DNA of 64,000 nucleotides from the human T2T-CHM13v2.0 reference genome, Homo sapiens (GCF_009914755.1 NC_060935.1); one strand, 5' to 3'. Shown: positions 1 to 21,048, counted from the stretch's first letter. The notes: generated by a model not told the origin, from the letters alone. Made by a program: numbers and translations.

Positions 1-118
1 CACCCTTTCTCTCCACCTGTCTAATATAGAGTAAAAATGGTATCATGTTAAGATCTTCATTTATATTTATTTTATCATGAATGATGTAAGCATCATTTTG
101 TGTGTTTAAGAACCTTTG

Positions 119-435
<317 letters not shown>

Positions 436-441
436 TTATGG

Positions 442-444
<3 letters not shown>

Positions 445-496
<52 letters not shown>
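445..496. repeat. (TA)n microsatellite
   Basis: About 26 perfect TA units. Confidence 0.98.
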
Positions 497-504
<8 letters not shown>

Positions 505-571
505 TGGTTATGTTCAGAAAGGCCTTCCCTGCTCTGATCATAAAAAACAACTTATTTTCACACTCTCTCTC

Positions 572-934
<363 letters not shown>

Positions 935-1062
935 TAGATTTGATGAGCAAGGTGGGCATCCAGCTTGTTTCTTGGCTGATGGCTTATGGGTGGCGTGAAT
1001 TAGTCGGGGTCTATCAGGAGGCAGAAACTCTATGAGAATTTGAACAGAGAAAGTTCCGTCTA

Positions 1063-1432
<370 letters not shown>

Positions 1433-1819
1433 AACGCAGGAATAGCAGATGAGCCGAGGTGGGGCCTCCCCAGCCCCCACCCCCCACCCCCCACCCTGGG
1501 CCGAGATCCAGTCCTCTTTGAATAGGGCCTGGCCGTGGTTCACGGGACATCTGAGACATTGCCGAGGCGCTGCACTGGTGGATCTTGCCAGAAGTCTGCC
1601 CAGTGCAGATTTGGGCAGAATCTCAAACTGCCTTGGGATGTAGGAGAGAAACCAGGCCTGGTCAAGTTCATGGGAAGAGGTGGAAACAGACCCCATAGGC
1701 TGGGGCTTGGGCAGCTGTAGGAAGCCCTCTCTGCTGCCTCCCTGCCTGCTCTCTGCTTTGAAGCATCTTCCCCAGTGCCCCCAGTCTCATGCCCTCTCAA
1801 CGTTGGGGTCAAATCCTGA

Positions 1820-2340
<521 letters not shown>

Positions 2341-3152
2341 GCTGCAGCCAGAAGGTGGTAAAACAGGACTTCACCCGGGTCTGTCTGGCGTGAAAGGCAG
2401 TGTTCTTGTACCACCCTAGGGGGCCTGAGAGAACTGAGTCCCTCGGGCATAACTGACAGTTCTGTTCCCATTATTCCGCAGGGGCTCGGATCTGGCTGTA
2501 TGCTTTCCAGGATGGCCTTGGAGACCCACATAAGCCCTACACCCTTTGGGAAGCTGCATGTTGGGTTGGGGTGCCGTCAGTGGCACTTGTGGAAGGTGCA
2601 GACCTGTGTGGGTGTGTGGGCCCAGGGCCCCTGGTCCCTTCCTCCCTTTGTAGGGCTGGTTGTGTGCTGCCTGGACCTGGGGGGCACGTTCACGTGGTGA
2701 ATTTGTCTATTTACTATCCCCGCTTTGGGGCTGGTGCCAGCACAGGCCCTTGTGAAGGGGGTGCCTTTGTCTGGAGTGGGACTGTGGCCCCTCCCTCAGC
2801 GTGGTGACTTCTGTGTCAGGGCTTCAGCAGGGACGCAGAGCCCCTGAGTGTTCGGAACAAGGGCGTCATTGCAGGAGTTAGACTGTGTGTGATGGAGGGA
2901 GGAGGGGCAGGAGGAAAGGTCAGAAGGAGAGTTCCTGGGAAGGTCCCTGAGGAGCCTGGTGAGGTGCTAACTGGTGTGGAGGACACTCAGGGCCTGTGGG
3001 GACATCTCCTACTGCTGGGGGCCAGCCACAAAGGGAACTGGCCGAAGTCCTGTCCCCGCCTTCACAGCCCAGCATCTGGTCACAAGGCAGGTACTTGGAA
3101 GGGCGCGGGCACCTGGGCCAAAAGTGCCTGGGTTCCCTTTGCCTTTCACTGA

Positions 3153-3443
<291 letters not shown>

Positions 3444-3889
3444 TAGGACATCCCCTGCAGCCCTCCATGGCCATTGGGTTCCCGCCAGCCCGTGGTGGAG
3501 GGGCCTAATCCCCATGCCACTGATGAGGGGAGGTATTCTGGGTGCTAGTGGGCAGGTGCCGGGCCCAGCCCTGCCTCCCTCTGCTCTGCCAACCACACTA
3601 GGCTGCCTCCCCAGACAAGCTCAGCGGGCACTGCATGTTGGGTTCAGAAATCAGCAGAACTCCACGTTCTGAGCTGCTCTTCAAGTTGCTCCTATGGGGG
3701 TTACTTTTAAGCTGGGAAATGGCTGTGGCGTCGAGGGGCCGGGGGCTTGGGCTCCAGAGTCTGACTGTGTGTTTGAGTCCGGCTGTGGAAACCTAGCCAT
3801 TGAGATGCCCCCTCTTGGTGGCTCTGTCCTCTTAGGATGGGACAAGTCTGTGAAGGCTGCTGCAGCACCCACCGTAGACCCCTAATCGT

Positions 3890-3899
3890 GTGACGTCAC
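3890..3899. promoter_or_regulatory. Palindromic CRE/ATF site GTGACGTCAC
   Basis: Full TGACGTCA inside a 10-bp palindrome, with its CpG intact. Confidence 0.35.
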
Positions 3900-4297
3900 C
3901 AGGATGGTCCGGGCTGCTCACTTGCCACAGTGGCCTGTTTGAGCCCGGGAAGCCAACGGGGCTGCTCAGCTGGACACCAGCCCCCCGAGCTGCCCATGTT
4001 GGGGTCACAGGCCCCACCTCCCTGGTTGGGGAGGGGCAACTGAGAGTGTGGAGAGGTGGGACCCAGGTGTGCTGGTCTCCGCAGGGGCTGGATCAGAGCC
4101 TGGGATGGGCAGGGTGAGCCTCCTGACCTTTAACCCAGTGGTGTCAGGCAACGTGGCCCACCCGCCAGCCGCACCAGGCCCCACCCCCGCAGGTGAAGGG
4201 GTGGGATAGGCTGGGCCTGGGCCAGGACACCTCTGGACCACGCATTCCTCATTGCTTGGGTCCCTGGAGCAGCAGGGCCTCCCGAGTGTGGTGCCGC

Positions 4298-4314
4298 CTG
4301 CCACCTAGTGGCCA
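4298..4314 (-). promoter_or_regulatory. Strong CTCF core motif in the last LRP5 intron
   Basis: Minus strand reads TGGCCACTAGGTGGCAG, matching the CCACYAGRKGGC(A/G) consensus. Occupancy cannot be shown from sequence. Confidence 0.6.
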
Positions 4315-4864
4315 TTTCCACGAACTCCCAGGCCTGGCTGGGGAGCCGGAACTGCAGCCTCCATTTCCACCCCACTCCGGGTCGGGCCACCTCCCTGATG
4401 CCTCAGTATTATATCAAACTGTCACAGTCTGTCCCACAGCCTTACAGACCACTGTCTCCAGAATGGTCACATCCACACTGGGCAGCCCAGTCTCGCTAGT
4501 TCCTCGTCCCACCTCCTGCCTTTGCTCATGCCCGTCCTGCTCTGGGCCCACCGCGGACACATCTTCCCCCCGCCCGCCGTCTGACCTCACAGCAGCTGGG
4601 CCCCAAGAGGAGTATCCTGTCCTGCTGCACTTTTCTCAACACCCGGTGTTGGCTGCACCTTCCCACCCATTGCAGGCCCCTCTGTGACAGGACGGGGGCT
4701 CCTAAACACACCACAGTTCCGAGTCTGAACTCACACAGTGGGATGCGGCGTTTCTGGGCCACAGTTGGGTGCAGGTAGCCTCTGGGAGGATGGGAGGTCA
4801 GGAGCCATCTTGCGAGTCAGGTTGCTTGAACTCAGGATGGAAGTGTTCCGGGCCCATTGGTTGC

Positions 4865-5233
4865 TGTATTAGCCTGTTCTCACGCTGCTAATAAAGACAT
4901 ACCCAAGACTGGGTAATTGTAAAGGAAAGAGGTTTAACGGACTCACAGTTCCACCTGCCTGGGGTGGCCTCACAATCATGGTAGAAGACAAGGAGGAGCA
5001 AGTCACATCTTACATGGCTTCAGGGAACAGACAGCATGAGAACCAAGCGAAAGGGGTTTCCCCTTGTAAAACCATCAAGTCTAGTGAGATTTATTCACTA
5101 CCACGAGAACAGTATGGGGGGAACCACCCCCATGATTCAATCATCTCCCACTGGGTCCCTCCCACAGCACGTGGGAATTATGGGAGTACAATTCAAGATG
5201 AGATTTGGGTGGGGACACAGCCAAACCCTATCG
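4865..5233 (-). mobile_element. THE1B-like MaLR solo LTR
   Basis: tgtattag...gctgctaataaagacatacccaagactgggtaa...ggggacacagccaaaccctatc. 5-bp TSD GTTGC at 4860-4864 and 5234-5238. Confidence 0.92.
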
Positions 5234-5538
5234 GTTGCCAACATTTACAGTAACAGTGTTAGGTGAACAGTTGTCCAGTCTCCTGTTTTGTCGGACACTG
5301 TTTCTAGCACCTTCCAGGCAGAATCTCATGTATCCTTCACTTTCGAAATGGGTACTATTTCATCCCCACTTTTATCAATGAGAAACTAAAGCTCGAAGAG
5401 GTCAAGTAAGTTCCTGGCCAAGGTCAGCTAGCAGGCTCTAGAGGCCTCGTTCTCCTTAGAGGCAGCCTTGCCAGGGCCCAGGCTTGGCAGGCTGCAGGGC
5501 AGGTGCGGGCATGCCCATGGTAGAGGTGGGACCATTGA

Positions 5539-5979
<441 letters not shown>

Positions 5980-6182
5980 CCTCGGCCGGGCCACTCTGGC
6001 TTCTCTGTGCCCCTGTAAATAGTTTTAAATATGAACAAAGAAAAAAATATATTTTATGATTTAAAAAATAAATATAATTGGGATTTTAAAAACATGAGAA
6101 ATGTGAACTGTGATGGGGTGGGCAGGGCTGGGAGAACTTTGTACAGTGGAGAAATATTTATAAACTTAATTTTGTAAAACAG
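5980..6182 (+). other. LRP5: LRP5 3'UTR (short, AT-rich)
   Basis: Follows the stop codon as an AT-rich island in GC-rich DNA and ends just before a GU-rich tract. 3' end approximate. Confidence 0.8.
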
Positions 6183-6230
6183 AACTGCCATTCTTTCGTG
6201 CCCTGTGTGCATTTGAGTTGTGTGTCCCCG
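6067..6230 (+). terminator. LRP5: LRP5 polyadenylation region: AATAAA 6067-6072, variant TATAAA 6159-6164, GU-rich downstream element ~6191-6230
   Basis: Hexamers, an upstream TGTA (6140-6143) and downstream ttctttcgtgccctgtgtgcatttgagttgtgtgt are all visible. Confidence 0.75.
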
Positions 6231-6360
6231 TGGAGGGAATGCCGACCCCCGGACCACCATGAGAGTCCTCCTGCACCCGGGCGTCCCTCTGTCCGGCTCC
6301 TGCAGGGAAGGGCTGGGGCCTTGGGCAGAGGTGGATATCTCCCCTGGGATGCATCCCTGA

Positions 6361-6770
<410 letters not shown>

Positions 6771-7341
6771 ACTCTTAGTCACTTTTAAGAAGGGGACTGT
6801 GCCTTCATTTTTCACTGGGCCCTGCAGAATATATGCCTGGGCTCTGGGCTCTTCTGAACCTGTGTTGGCTTCCATCTGACCTCTCTGTGCCAGCCCAAGG
6901 CTGCTGCTCTTCCTGAGGGCAAGGAGCCCCATGACTGCGTGTTGACTCGCTGGATGGGGCTGCTGAGCCCACTCTGCCACACCACGTGCCCCTGGCAGGG
7001 AGGGAATCCCTGGGTCCTCACAGGAACAGTCAGCAAGCCACACCTGACGCCTGCTGTGGGCCCATCCCTGCGGTGCTGGAGAAGACAGACAAGGCCTGGT
7101 CACTGCCTCTGCAGGGTCCCCAGTCCGTGGAAGGAGACAGTAATCTAGGCATTTTCGGTGGGGAAGCTGAGCTGTTCTCGTGTCCTGAAGGCCAGGCGGG
7201 AACAGCCGTCTTCAGAGGGAAGGGAGAAAATGCACATCGCATCAGTGGAGAAGGGCCTGACTTCCCTCAGCATGGTGGAGGGAGGTCAGAAAACAGTCAA
7301 GCTTGTTGCTGGGTGACAGTGCATTTAATAATCAAAATATA

Positions 7342-11200
<3,859 letters not shown>

Positions 11201-11201
11201 A

Positions 11202-11492
11202 GGCTGGGCGGGCACGGTGGCTCACGCCTGTAATCCCAGCACTTTGGGAGGCTGAGGCGGGCGGATCGCTTGAGGCCAGGGATTCAAGACCAGCCTGGGC
11301 AACGTGGCGAAACCCTGTCTCTACTAAAAAAACAAAATAATTAGCCAGGCATGGTGCGTGCGCCTGTAATCCGGCTACTCAGGAAGACTGAGGCAGGAGA
11401 ATGGCGTGAACCCGGGAGGCGGAGCTTGCAGTGAGCCGAGATCATGCCACCACCCTCCAGCCTGGGCAACAGAGCGAGACTGCGTCTCAAAA

Positions 11493-11531
<39 letters not shown>

Positions 11532-11543
11532 AATAAAACAAAC

Positions 11544-11578
<35 letters not shown>
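11202..11578 (+). mobile_element. Alu with (TAAA)n tail followed by a (CA)n microsatellite (11545-11578)
   Basis: Alu dimer, (taaa)~11, (ca)~17. Confidence 0.92.
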
Positions 11579-11581
<3 letters not shown>

Positions 11582-13185
11582 AACACAAAGACCTGGAAGA
11601 AGTGCCTGGAGAGAGTCTCCTGGCCTCCCAACAGGACCCCAAAAATTGAACCCTTGATCAATGGGGCTGGATGTGCAGAGGTGGTGACAGCCCAGGGAGG
11701 CTGGGTCTCCTGAACCCGCCTTTCCCGCCCACGCAGTCAGCTGGGGAGAGTGAGGGGCTCATCCGCCGGCTGCCTACCCTCTGCCAAGTACATCCTTCAG
11801 TAAGTGCCTGAAGCGGGCACAGCCCTGCCCTTATGCCACTTATGTGCTGGGAGACCCAGAGATTAGTCAGGTGTGGCTCCTCCCCTGCATTTGCTCCCAA
11901 TCCAGGAGACAGCGGGGTTCCAAAGCCATAAGGAAGCATTGTTCTAAGATACCCTAGAGCCCAGAGGGCCGTCATATTCACACAGGAAGCCAGAGGGGGC
12001 TTCTTGGAGGAGGCAGTGTCTGAGCTGTGTCTTAAAGGAGGAGGTGAAGTTAACCTGGCTTATTTAAACTTCACAACAGTCCAGCCAGGTAGGGGGTGTT
12101 CCCAGAATCTACTTGAGGGAACTGAGGTTTGGGTAAAAAGAAGCAAAGCCAACATTTTTTTTTGCATCCGTTTAATCTTTTGTTTATCCAATACACGTTA
12201 CTAACTGGCTACCAGGTGCTACTCAATGTGGCCAAAAAGGCATGTACCTTCTCTCCAAACCCTCTCACCTCTGCAGTGACAGCCACTACTCCCCAAGTCT
12301 CTGTCACCCCTCACTGAGCCCTGAGGGGTCTCTTGTATAATGGGCTCCCTCCCCACCAACCAGAGCAGAGATGGGTCCTTTGCTCAGCTCAGCCTTCCTC
12401 CAACCCCTCATTCCAGAATGGGTGTGGGAGCTTCCTGCCTGCCCTGGGGCACTGAGGCAGCATCGCCCGGGCAGTTGAAGAAAGTCCATGTTGCCAGTTT
12501 GGCTATTTCCACTGCCGGGGAGGCCACTGTGGGAGGTCTTGTTCCCGAGAAATGTGGGTGGTTAGGACGGTGGCTAGGGCTTGGGTCCCACTCAGCCCCT
12601 GTGAGGTTCCCTCTCCTGGGCCACTCGGCTGGCAGCCTCTGGACCTCCTGGTTGGGCCACACCTTCAGATGCCACCGGGGAACCCCCTCACTGGCCTCTT
12701 TTCTGTGGTCCTCTCCCAGGGTGCCACAGCTTGATCTCTCTCCTTCCAAATGTCCTCTTCTCTCTTTCCCCATAGGCTTGACGGCAGCCCTAGTTGTTAG
12801 TAACTCAGCGGCTACACTTTCTCCCAACACTCAGGCTCCCAACCATCCTTTATAGGAAGGGAAATACCTGCTTCCCAAGCGGTATTGAATCTTAATGCAG
12901 TGAAGAAGAAAGAGAAGCAGAAGAGCTCAGTTTCCACGTTGAAATGGGCCGACCCCTCATATCCTACATGAGCCCCTAGCTGGCCTCTCCCGTCCAGCCT
13001 CAACACCTCTTGACCTGACCTGGCCTGGGCTCCTGAACACCAGCCAAGCCCTTCCTGGCATGTCCTCTTCTGGGGCAGCCCCTCTCCAGCCCGTGGATCA
13101 GCGCCAGCCTGGGATGGACTGTGCCCTGGTGACATAACAAAGGGAAAGACAATACGGCATTTTTCCCTTCAAGTTGAACTTCTTG

Positions 13186-13955
<770 letters not shown>

Positions 13956-15191
13956 TCATGATAGCCAGGTGATGGGTGCTTGAGCATGCAGCCTGCTCTT
14001 CTCTCTGCTTTTGAATATGTTTGAAACTATTCAGTTACATGTGTGTTTTTTTAATAATTTGTTATTAATTTTTGCGGGTACATAGCAGGTACATATATTT
14101 ATGGGGTTTTTTTTAAAGTCTAGATGGATTGAAAAGTTTAATATTAATATGAAACATTAAACTACAAAAGGATCAGGAGGAAAGACAGAAGGTGGTGATC
14201 CCTGAAATCTAGAAGTTTTAGGGTAGAGACGTCAATCTGTGTAGAATGCAAAGCTTCTAAGTCATTCCTCTGCTTAAAGCCTGTCAGTAGCTCCCCATGG
14301 CTCTCAGGACCCAGGCTGAGCTCAGATACCTCCTCCTCCAGGAAGTCCTCCCTGACTTCAACCTTCTGGTTAGGTTAGAAGCAAACCATAAGTGGAGACC
14401 TTAGGGGCCCACTTACGTTGGGCAAGGTACTATATGATTTCATTATAATGTATATGGCCCTGTGACCCACCTCAGAGTCAGGGATGGAGGAGCCTGGTGC
14501 AGATACTGGCAAATCCTTTGATGATGAGTGAGTATAGGGATGCAAGGGTCGGTGGGGGTGTTGGGTCCTCCCTGGGCTCCCCAGCAGGGAAGGACGGACG
14601 GGAGCCCAGCCCTGGCTGCCCCCTCCTGCCCATGGCCCAGCCTCCCTCTCAGGCACCAGCCAGTCCCAGGACTCTCTGAAACCTTTCCTGGGCTCCTTAG
14701 TCCAGCTCCAAGCTGCCCCTCTGGCCCTGTGCTACACCTGGTGCTCCCTGCTCTCGCTTCCAGCCATCTTCTCTAGAGTATGGCCAGCCCTTCTTCTGCC
14801 CGGAAGCTTTCCTTGGCTCCCATGGTCTGAGCATAAACCCAGGTTCCTCCGCCTGGCTTCCAAAGCCTCCATGGTCCCTTCTGCACCTGCTTCTCGAGCT
14901 GTTGCCCCAGACCTGAGATCAGCCCCACCCTGCCTTCCACGGGGTGTGCTCCTTCCACCTTGCTGCCTCGGCCTCTTTCCCTGGCATGGCCGCTCCCGCC
15001 CTGCCCAGGTGATCAGCCTGTGAATCCCCTCCCTAACCCCCACACAGAGCACACCTCCCAGGCTGGCTTCCGGCTTGACTATGTTCCTCCATGCCTCTCT
15101 GAGTAGCAGGATCAATGTGAGAAAGGTCTGCCCTGTCTGCAGCCTCCCCAGAAGCACAGTACTTTTCGTGGCGCGTACACGGGCTGGTAGA

Positions 15192-16894
<1,703 letters not shown>

Positions 16895-17089
16895 CTAAGT
16901 CCTTCTCCCAGGACAAGGGCACTTATCTCTTGGCGGTGCGTCACAGGTAGGGATATTCCGCGATCCCTCACCTTGACCCCGCTACGAGGACAGCCACCTC
17001 TTTCAGGTAAAGAGACCGCAATGGGAAATCATTCTGATAAAAATTCCCCTGTGGAGAATGCAGGCATCGATCCCGTTACCTCTCACATA

Positions 17090-18300
17090 CTAAACGAACG
17101 CTCCTCCACTTAAGCTGATTCCCTAGCCCGGCCTAACCTTTGCAGCCGGCGCATATTGTGGCTCACGTCACCACCGGTGTCCCCCGCCGCCCCCGCCCCG
17201 CCCGGCCAGCTCGCCACCCTATTGGATCCCTCACGGCTCCGGCTCCACGGCCATGATGGGCTTGGCTCAATTTAGTTTTAAAAAGCATTGGCCACTCGGA
17301 TTGGTGGTCCGAAGCGTCCGTCAAGCGGAGGACCTGCTGTTGCTACGGCGTAGGGGGTCCCAGCCAGGTTTCTCCCCGTTTCTGATTTGTTTCTCAGGCT
17401 CCGGGGTCCTAGAGGTTCCGGATCCGTCAAGTCCATGGGAAAAGAATGCGCCCCTCGCGCTTGACTGACGAGGCTTGCGGGCCAATCGGAATGTAGTCAA
17501 AGGAGCCGCTAGGCGATCCAATAGGTAGTAGGGGGCGGGAGAGAGGGGCCAATGAGCCTGGAGCTGGGGGCGGGGGCAGGGCCGCGATTGGCTGAGAGGC
17601 GGCCAGAGGGCGGGCGGGGGGGAACTCAAGGCCTGCTTGATACGTCCGCCATTTTGGGCGCTTCGCTGATGGTGTCGGTGAGCGCGTTTCCCGCCTGAGC
17701 GCAACTAGCGGCGGGTCGTGGGCACCTCCAGGTAATGGGGGTAGGGGAGGCGCCGGAGCAGGCCGCGGCGCGGGGTGTGCGAGGCGCGCGGGCAGGCGCG
17801 GGGCCCCTCCACCTGGGCCTCAGCGGCTCAGGGAGGGAACGTCCCGGCCCCTCTCCCCTCCCCCCCCGGAATTCGTCGCTCCGCGGGCCCGGGAGGCGCG
17901 GCGCCGAGTCCTTCCCGGCCGCTCCCCGTCCGCTCCTGTTAGCCGGGGGCCCCGCCAGGACGGGCGCCGGGAGCGGGACGCGGTCGGGGCGGCGACTTTG
18001 TGCCTCGTTGACGTTCGCGGCCTGGCGCGGCGGGCGGGCGAGGCGCGCCCCTGACCCGGCTCTGGCTCCAGCCTTCCCGCCCGCCGGCCGCGGCCCGCAG
18101 TCTCGCCCCCCGCCCGGCCCGCGCCCGGTCTCCGCTCCCGCTGGGCCTCCCGGGGGCCTCGGGGAGCGCGTCAAGTTGAGGCAGCAACTCGCCGTCAAGA
18201 GTCGCGAAGACCATTGTTGGACTCTGCTCTTCGGGAAACAAGTTTTGTGGGTTTCTGTTAATTCGCCGCAGAGTCATCGGGATCCACACCAGCCAGTTCC
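17090..18300. promoter_or_regulatory. PPP6R3: CpG island / TATA-less housekeeping promoter of PPP6R3
   Basis: Very high GC and CpG density. CCAAT boxes at 17482, 17518, 17549 and reverse boxes at 17221, 17287, 17300, 17587. Multiple GC boxes, CRE-like TCACGTCA at 17163-17170 and YY1 motif CCGCCATTTT at 17646-17655. Gene identity comes from known gene order downstream of LRP5. Confidence 0.9.
17640..17731 (+). other. PPP6R3: PPP6R3 non-coding first exon (5'UTR); start approximate
   Basis: Lies just downstream of the CCAAT/GC boxes and ends at donor CCAG|gtaatg (17731/17732). No coding exon of the gene is visible in the window. Confidence 0.75.
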
Positions 18301-19996
18301 GAGGCTCCCAGTACCCTTCCCAGTGGCTTTTTAACTCCTGTGAGGTGGCTTGTATGTAAACTGTCTCGAATGCCTCCCTGGTGTATTTGAGCCGGGGGTG
18401 GGGGGGGTGGGTGGTCCTTCTTGTGGCTTGAAGTCCCTCCCTCTTAAAGAAGCCCATTCACTGTTTACTTGGAGGTGTTTCCTGTTGAGGTCCTGCTGGC
18501 TGTGATCACAATTTAGACTTTTTAATTATAGGTGAACGGGATGGGTCTTTGGATGTACCTCCGTGCCCTGACGTTTCAACCGCGTGACTTAATGTCATTT
18601 TCCTGGTACTTCACGTTTTCTCTGTGGGGCTTTGGGTCTGTTTTGCTTTTATGGGAGGGGGTGCTTGACAGGCGTTCCCTTTCATCCTCGCAGCACTTGT
18701 TGACGGGGTGGTGTCCTTTATTCGTGGGACGTTTACTTTGATTTTGTCCTCAAGGTCATGTTGCAGATAGGCTTCAAGGGGGACAGGGACTCCAGGTTTC
18801 CAACCACCGAACTGTGCCTCAAGTAGCAAGTGTATGAGACCCAGTTATGGTGGTGGTTGGGTTTTCCTCACTGTGGAGTGGAGTCAGTGACCACTTTTTA
18901 GCTCTGTGACCTTGGGCAAGTTACCCAGCTTCTCTTTTTTTTTCTCTGTAGTATGGGAATAATAATAAGTGTCCCAGCCATAAGTTTGTCAGGATAATTG
19001 CCCTAATACATGTAAAACAGCTAGAGCTGTGCCTGGCACATACAGTCACCTCAGTGGCTGATTAGTGGTTAGGCTAGTTAATGGCTATTATTGTTTAATT
19101 TAAATTTGATTTTTAAATGTTTAGGTACTATTGGGAAGTCAGATGAGCATTTGAGTCCCGACTCTTGGTGACTGCCTTTAGAAAGCTCTGTGTAAGACTC
19201 AGTTGGGCTGAAAAAGTAAAACTATAAGTTATTTTAATTTTTTCAGGACAGGGTTTTTGACCATTCCTTAAATTAGGAACATTTACCGGAGTAATTAATG
19301 AGTAGTAGCGCCTCATAATGTTTAAAGAGATGGTTAAATACAGAAAAGCCCATCACAAGCTTAAGTCGGGCTTTGTTCCTCATGTGCTTTTGGATACTAG
19401 TTTCTGGGTGACTGCCACCCGAATCAGTAACTAGGGTTTCTTAGTGTAAGTCCTCCTTGTTACTGAAAACTGTAAGGGTGCCGTGGATTGCAGTATTCTT
19501 CAGCAAAGATAGTTTGGGAAATAGCTTTTGTCCTGGAGGGATACTTTGGAAGGTATTCTCCACTTCAGCATGTCTGGTCAGGGAGTCTAGAACATTGAAC
19601 AAAATGCCTGCACTCAGTCAGAAATAAACTCACAATCCTTTACCGCTTGCCCGATACTCTCCTCCATGGTGCTCGAAACCTTGCGTGCACCTTCCCCTGG
19701 TATTGTTGTGTTTACTTGGGACTTGGTTTGCTGTATTGGAGATGTGTGTTTTGATGGACTCAGTCTTAAGTAGAGATGAGTATCTTGCTGGTGGAACTTA
19801 AGGACAGGAAGAAGATTGTTTTCGGTTTAGAACTCTAGCCTTTGTGTAAAGTATAGCAAAGCAAAGTCAACAAGCAAAAAGTTGTTAGTTTCAATGAACT
19901 AATTGAGAATTTGAGAATCAGACCATAGCTGAGCAGAAAATGAATAGAAGTAACATTGACAGGATGAGGTTGCCTAGCTTTTTAAGATAAAGCTTT

Positions 19997-20282
19997 GGCC
20001 GGGCGCAGTGGCTCACGCCTGTAATCCCAGCACTTTGGGAGGCCGAGGCTGGCGGATCACTTAAGGTCAGGAGTTCGAGACCAGGCCAACATGTGAAACC
20101 TTGTCTCTATTAAAAATACAAAAATTAGTCGGTCATGGTGGCGTGTGACTGTAATCCCAGTTATTTGGGAGGCTGAGGCAGGAGAATCGCTTAAACCTGG
20201 GAGGCGGAGGTTGCAGTGAGCCAAGTCCAGCCTAGGAGACAGAGCGAGACTCAGTCTCAGAAAAAAAAAAAAAAAAAAAAAA
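19997..20282 (+). mobile_element. Alu
   Basis: TSD aagata(aa/gg)gcttt and a long A tail. Confidence 0.92.
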
Positions 20283-20696
20283 GATAGGGCTTTGCACCTA
20301 TTTGGTAGATTATGTGCTTGTTACAAATAAACATCTCTTTAAAACAAGTGTCACGATCGGTATTTTATTTCTATGACAACTTCCATTGTCTAGTTCTATA
20401 TTTTCAGTATTTGAGAGGCAGCCTCTGTGTGTGTTTGTGTGTGTGTGTGTTTTGGTCTAAAATTTTACAGTATTTTACTAAATAAGAGTAAATGATAGTG
20501 AAAATAAAGCTCTTCTATCTGCTCAACTAAAACTCAGCATTGACTTGGTCCTTAGAAGTTATGGTCTGCACCCCAGTATTGGCTGCTACTTTTTCTAATG
20601 TACTGAAAAAAAGATCTGGCCTCTTGGCTTTAAACAGCTTTCATATTTCTTTCCTTTCTTAACTTCAAATGATTGTCTTTTGATTTACTCTAGTTC

Positions 20697-20924
20697 AAGA
20701 GTTCTCAGTTGGGGGTGGTTCCCCCCTCACCCCCCAGGAAACATTTGGCAGTGTCTGGACATATTTTTGCTTGTTACACCTCTGGGAGTGGGCAGTGTGC
20801 TTCTGGAGGGTAGAGGCCAAGGATACTGCTAAACATCCTACAGTGTCCAGCATAGCCTCCTCCCTGCCCGCCAGCAAAAGTATCCAGTCCCAAATAGCAA
20901 CACTGCTGAGGTTGAGAAATCCTG
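20697..20924. mobile_element. MER20 (hAT-Charlie)
   Basis: caggaaacatttggcagtgtctggac...gtagaggccaaggatactgctaaacatcctaca...tgctgaggttgagaaatcctg. Confidence 0.88.
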
Positions 20925-21048
20925 CACTTAGATAGATGTGAGACTGGCCTACATTAGAATAAGCCTGCATTAGAATAATTAGAAATTTTTTAAGACCATG
21001 GATGTTGGACTCCACCTCTGGAAATGGTGGGATTGAGAATCTTATTAA

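Noticed and set aside
1468-1496. C-run G-quadruplex motif (cccccaccccccacccccaccc)
   Set aside because: The motif is real but common in GC-rich introns, with no other support for function.
17626-18457. Long overlapping ORFs (190, 199, 172 aa) in the CpG island
   Set aside because: G/P/R/A-rich low-complexity products expected from stop-poor GC-rich DNA; they span exon 1 and intron 1 and resemble no known protein.
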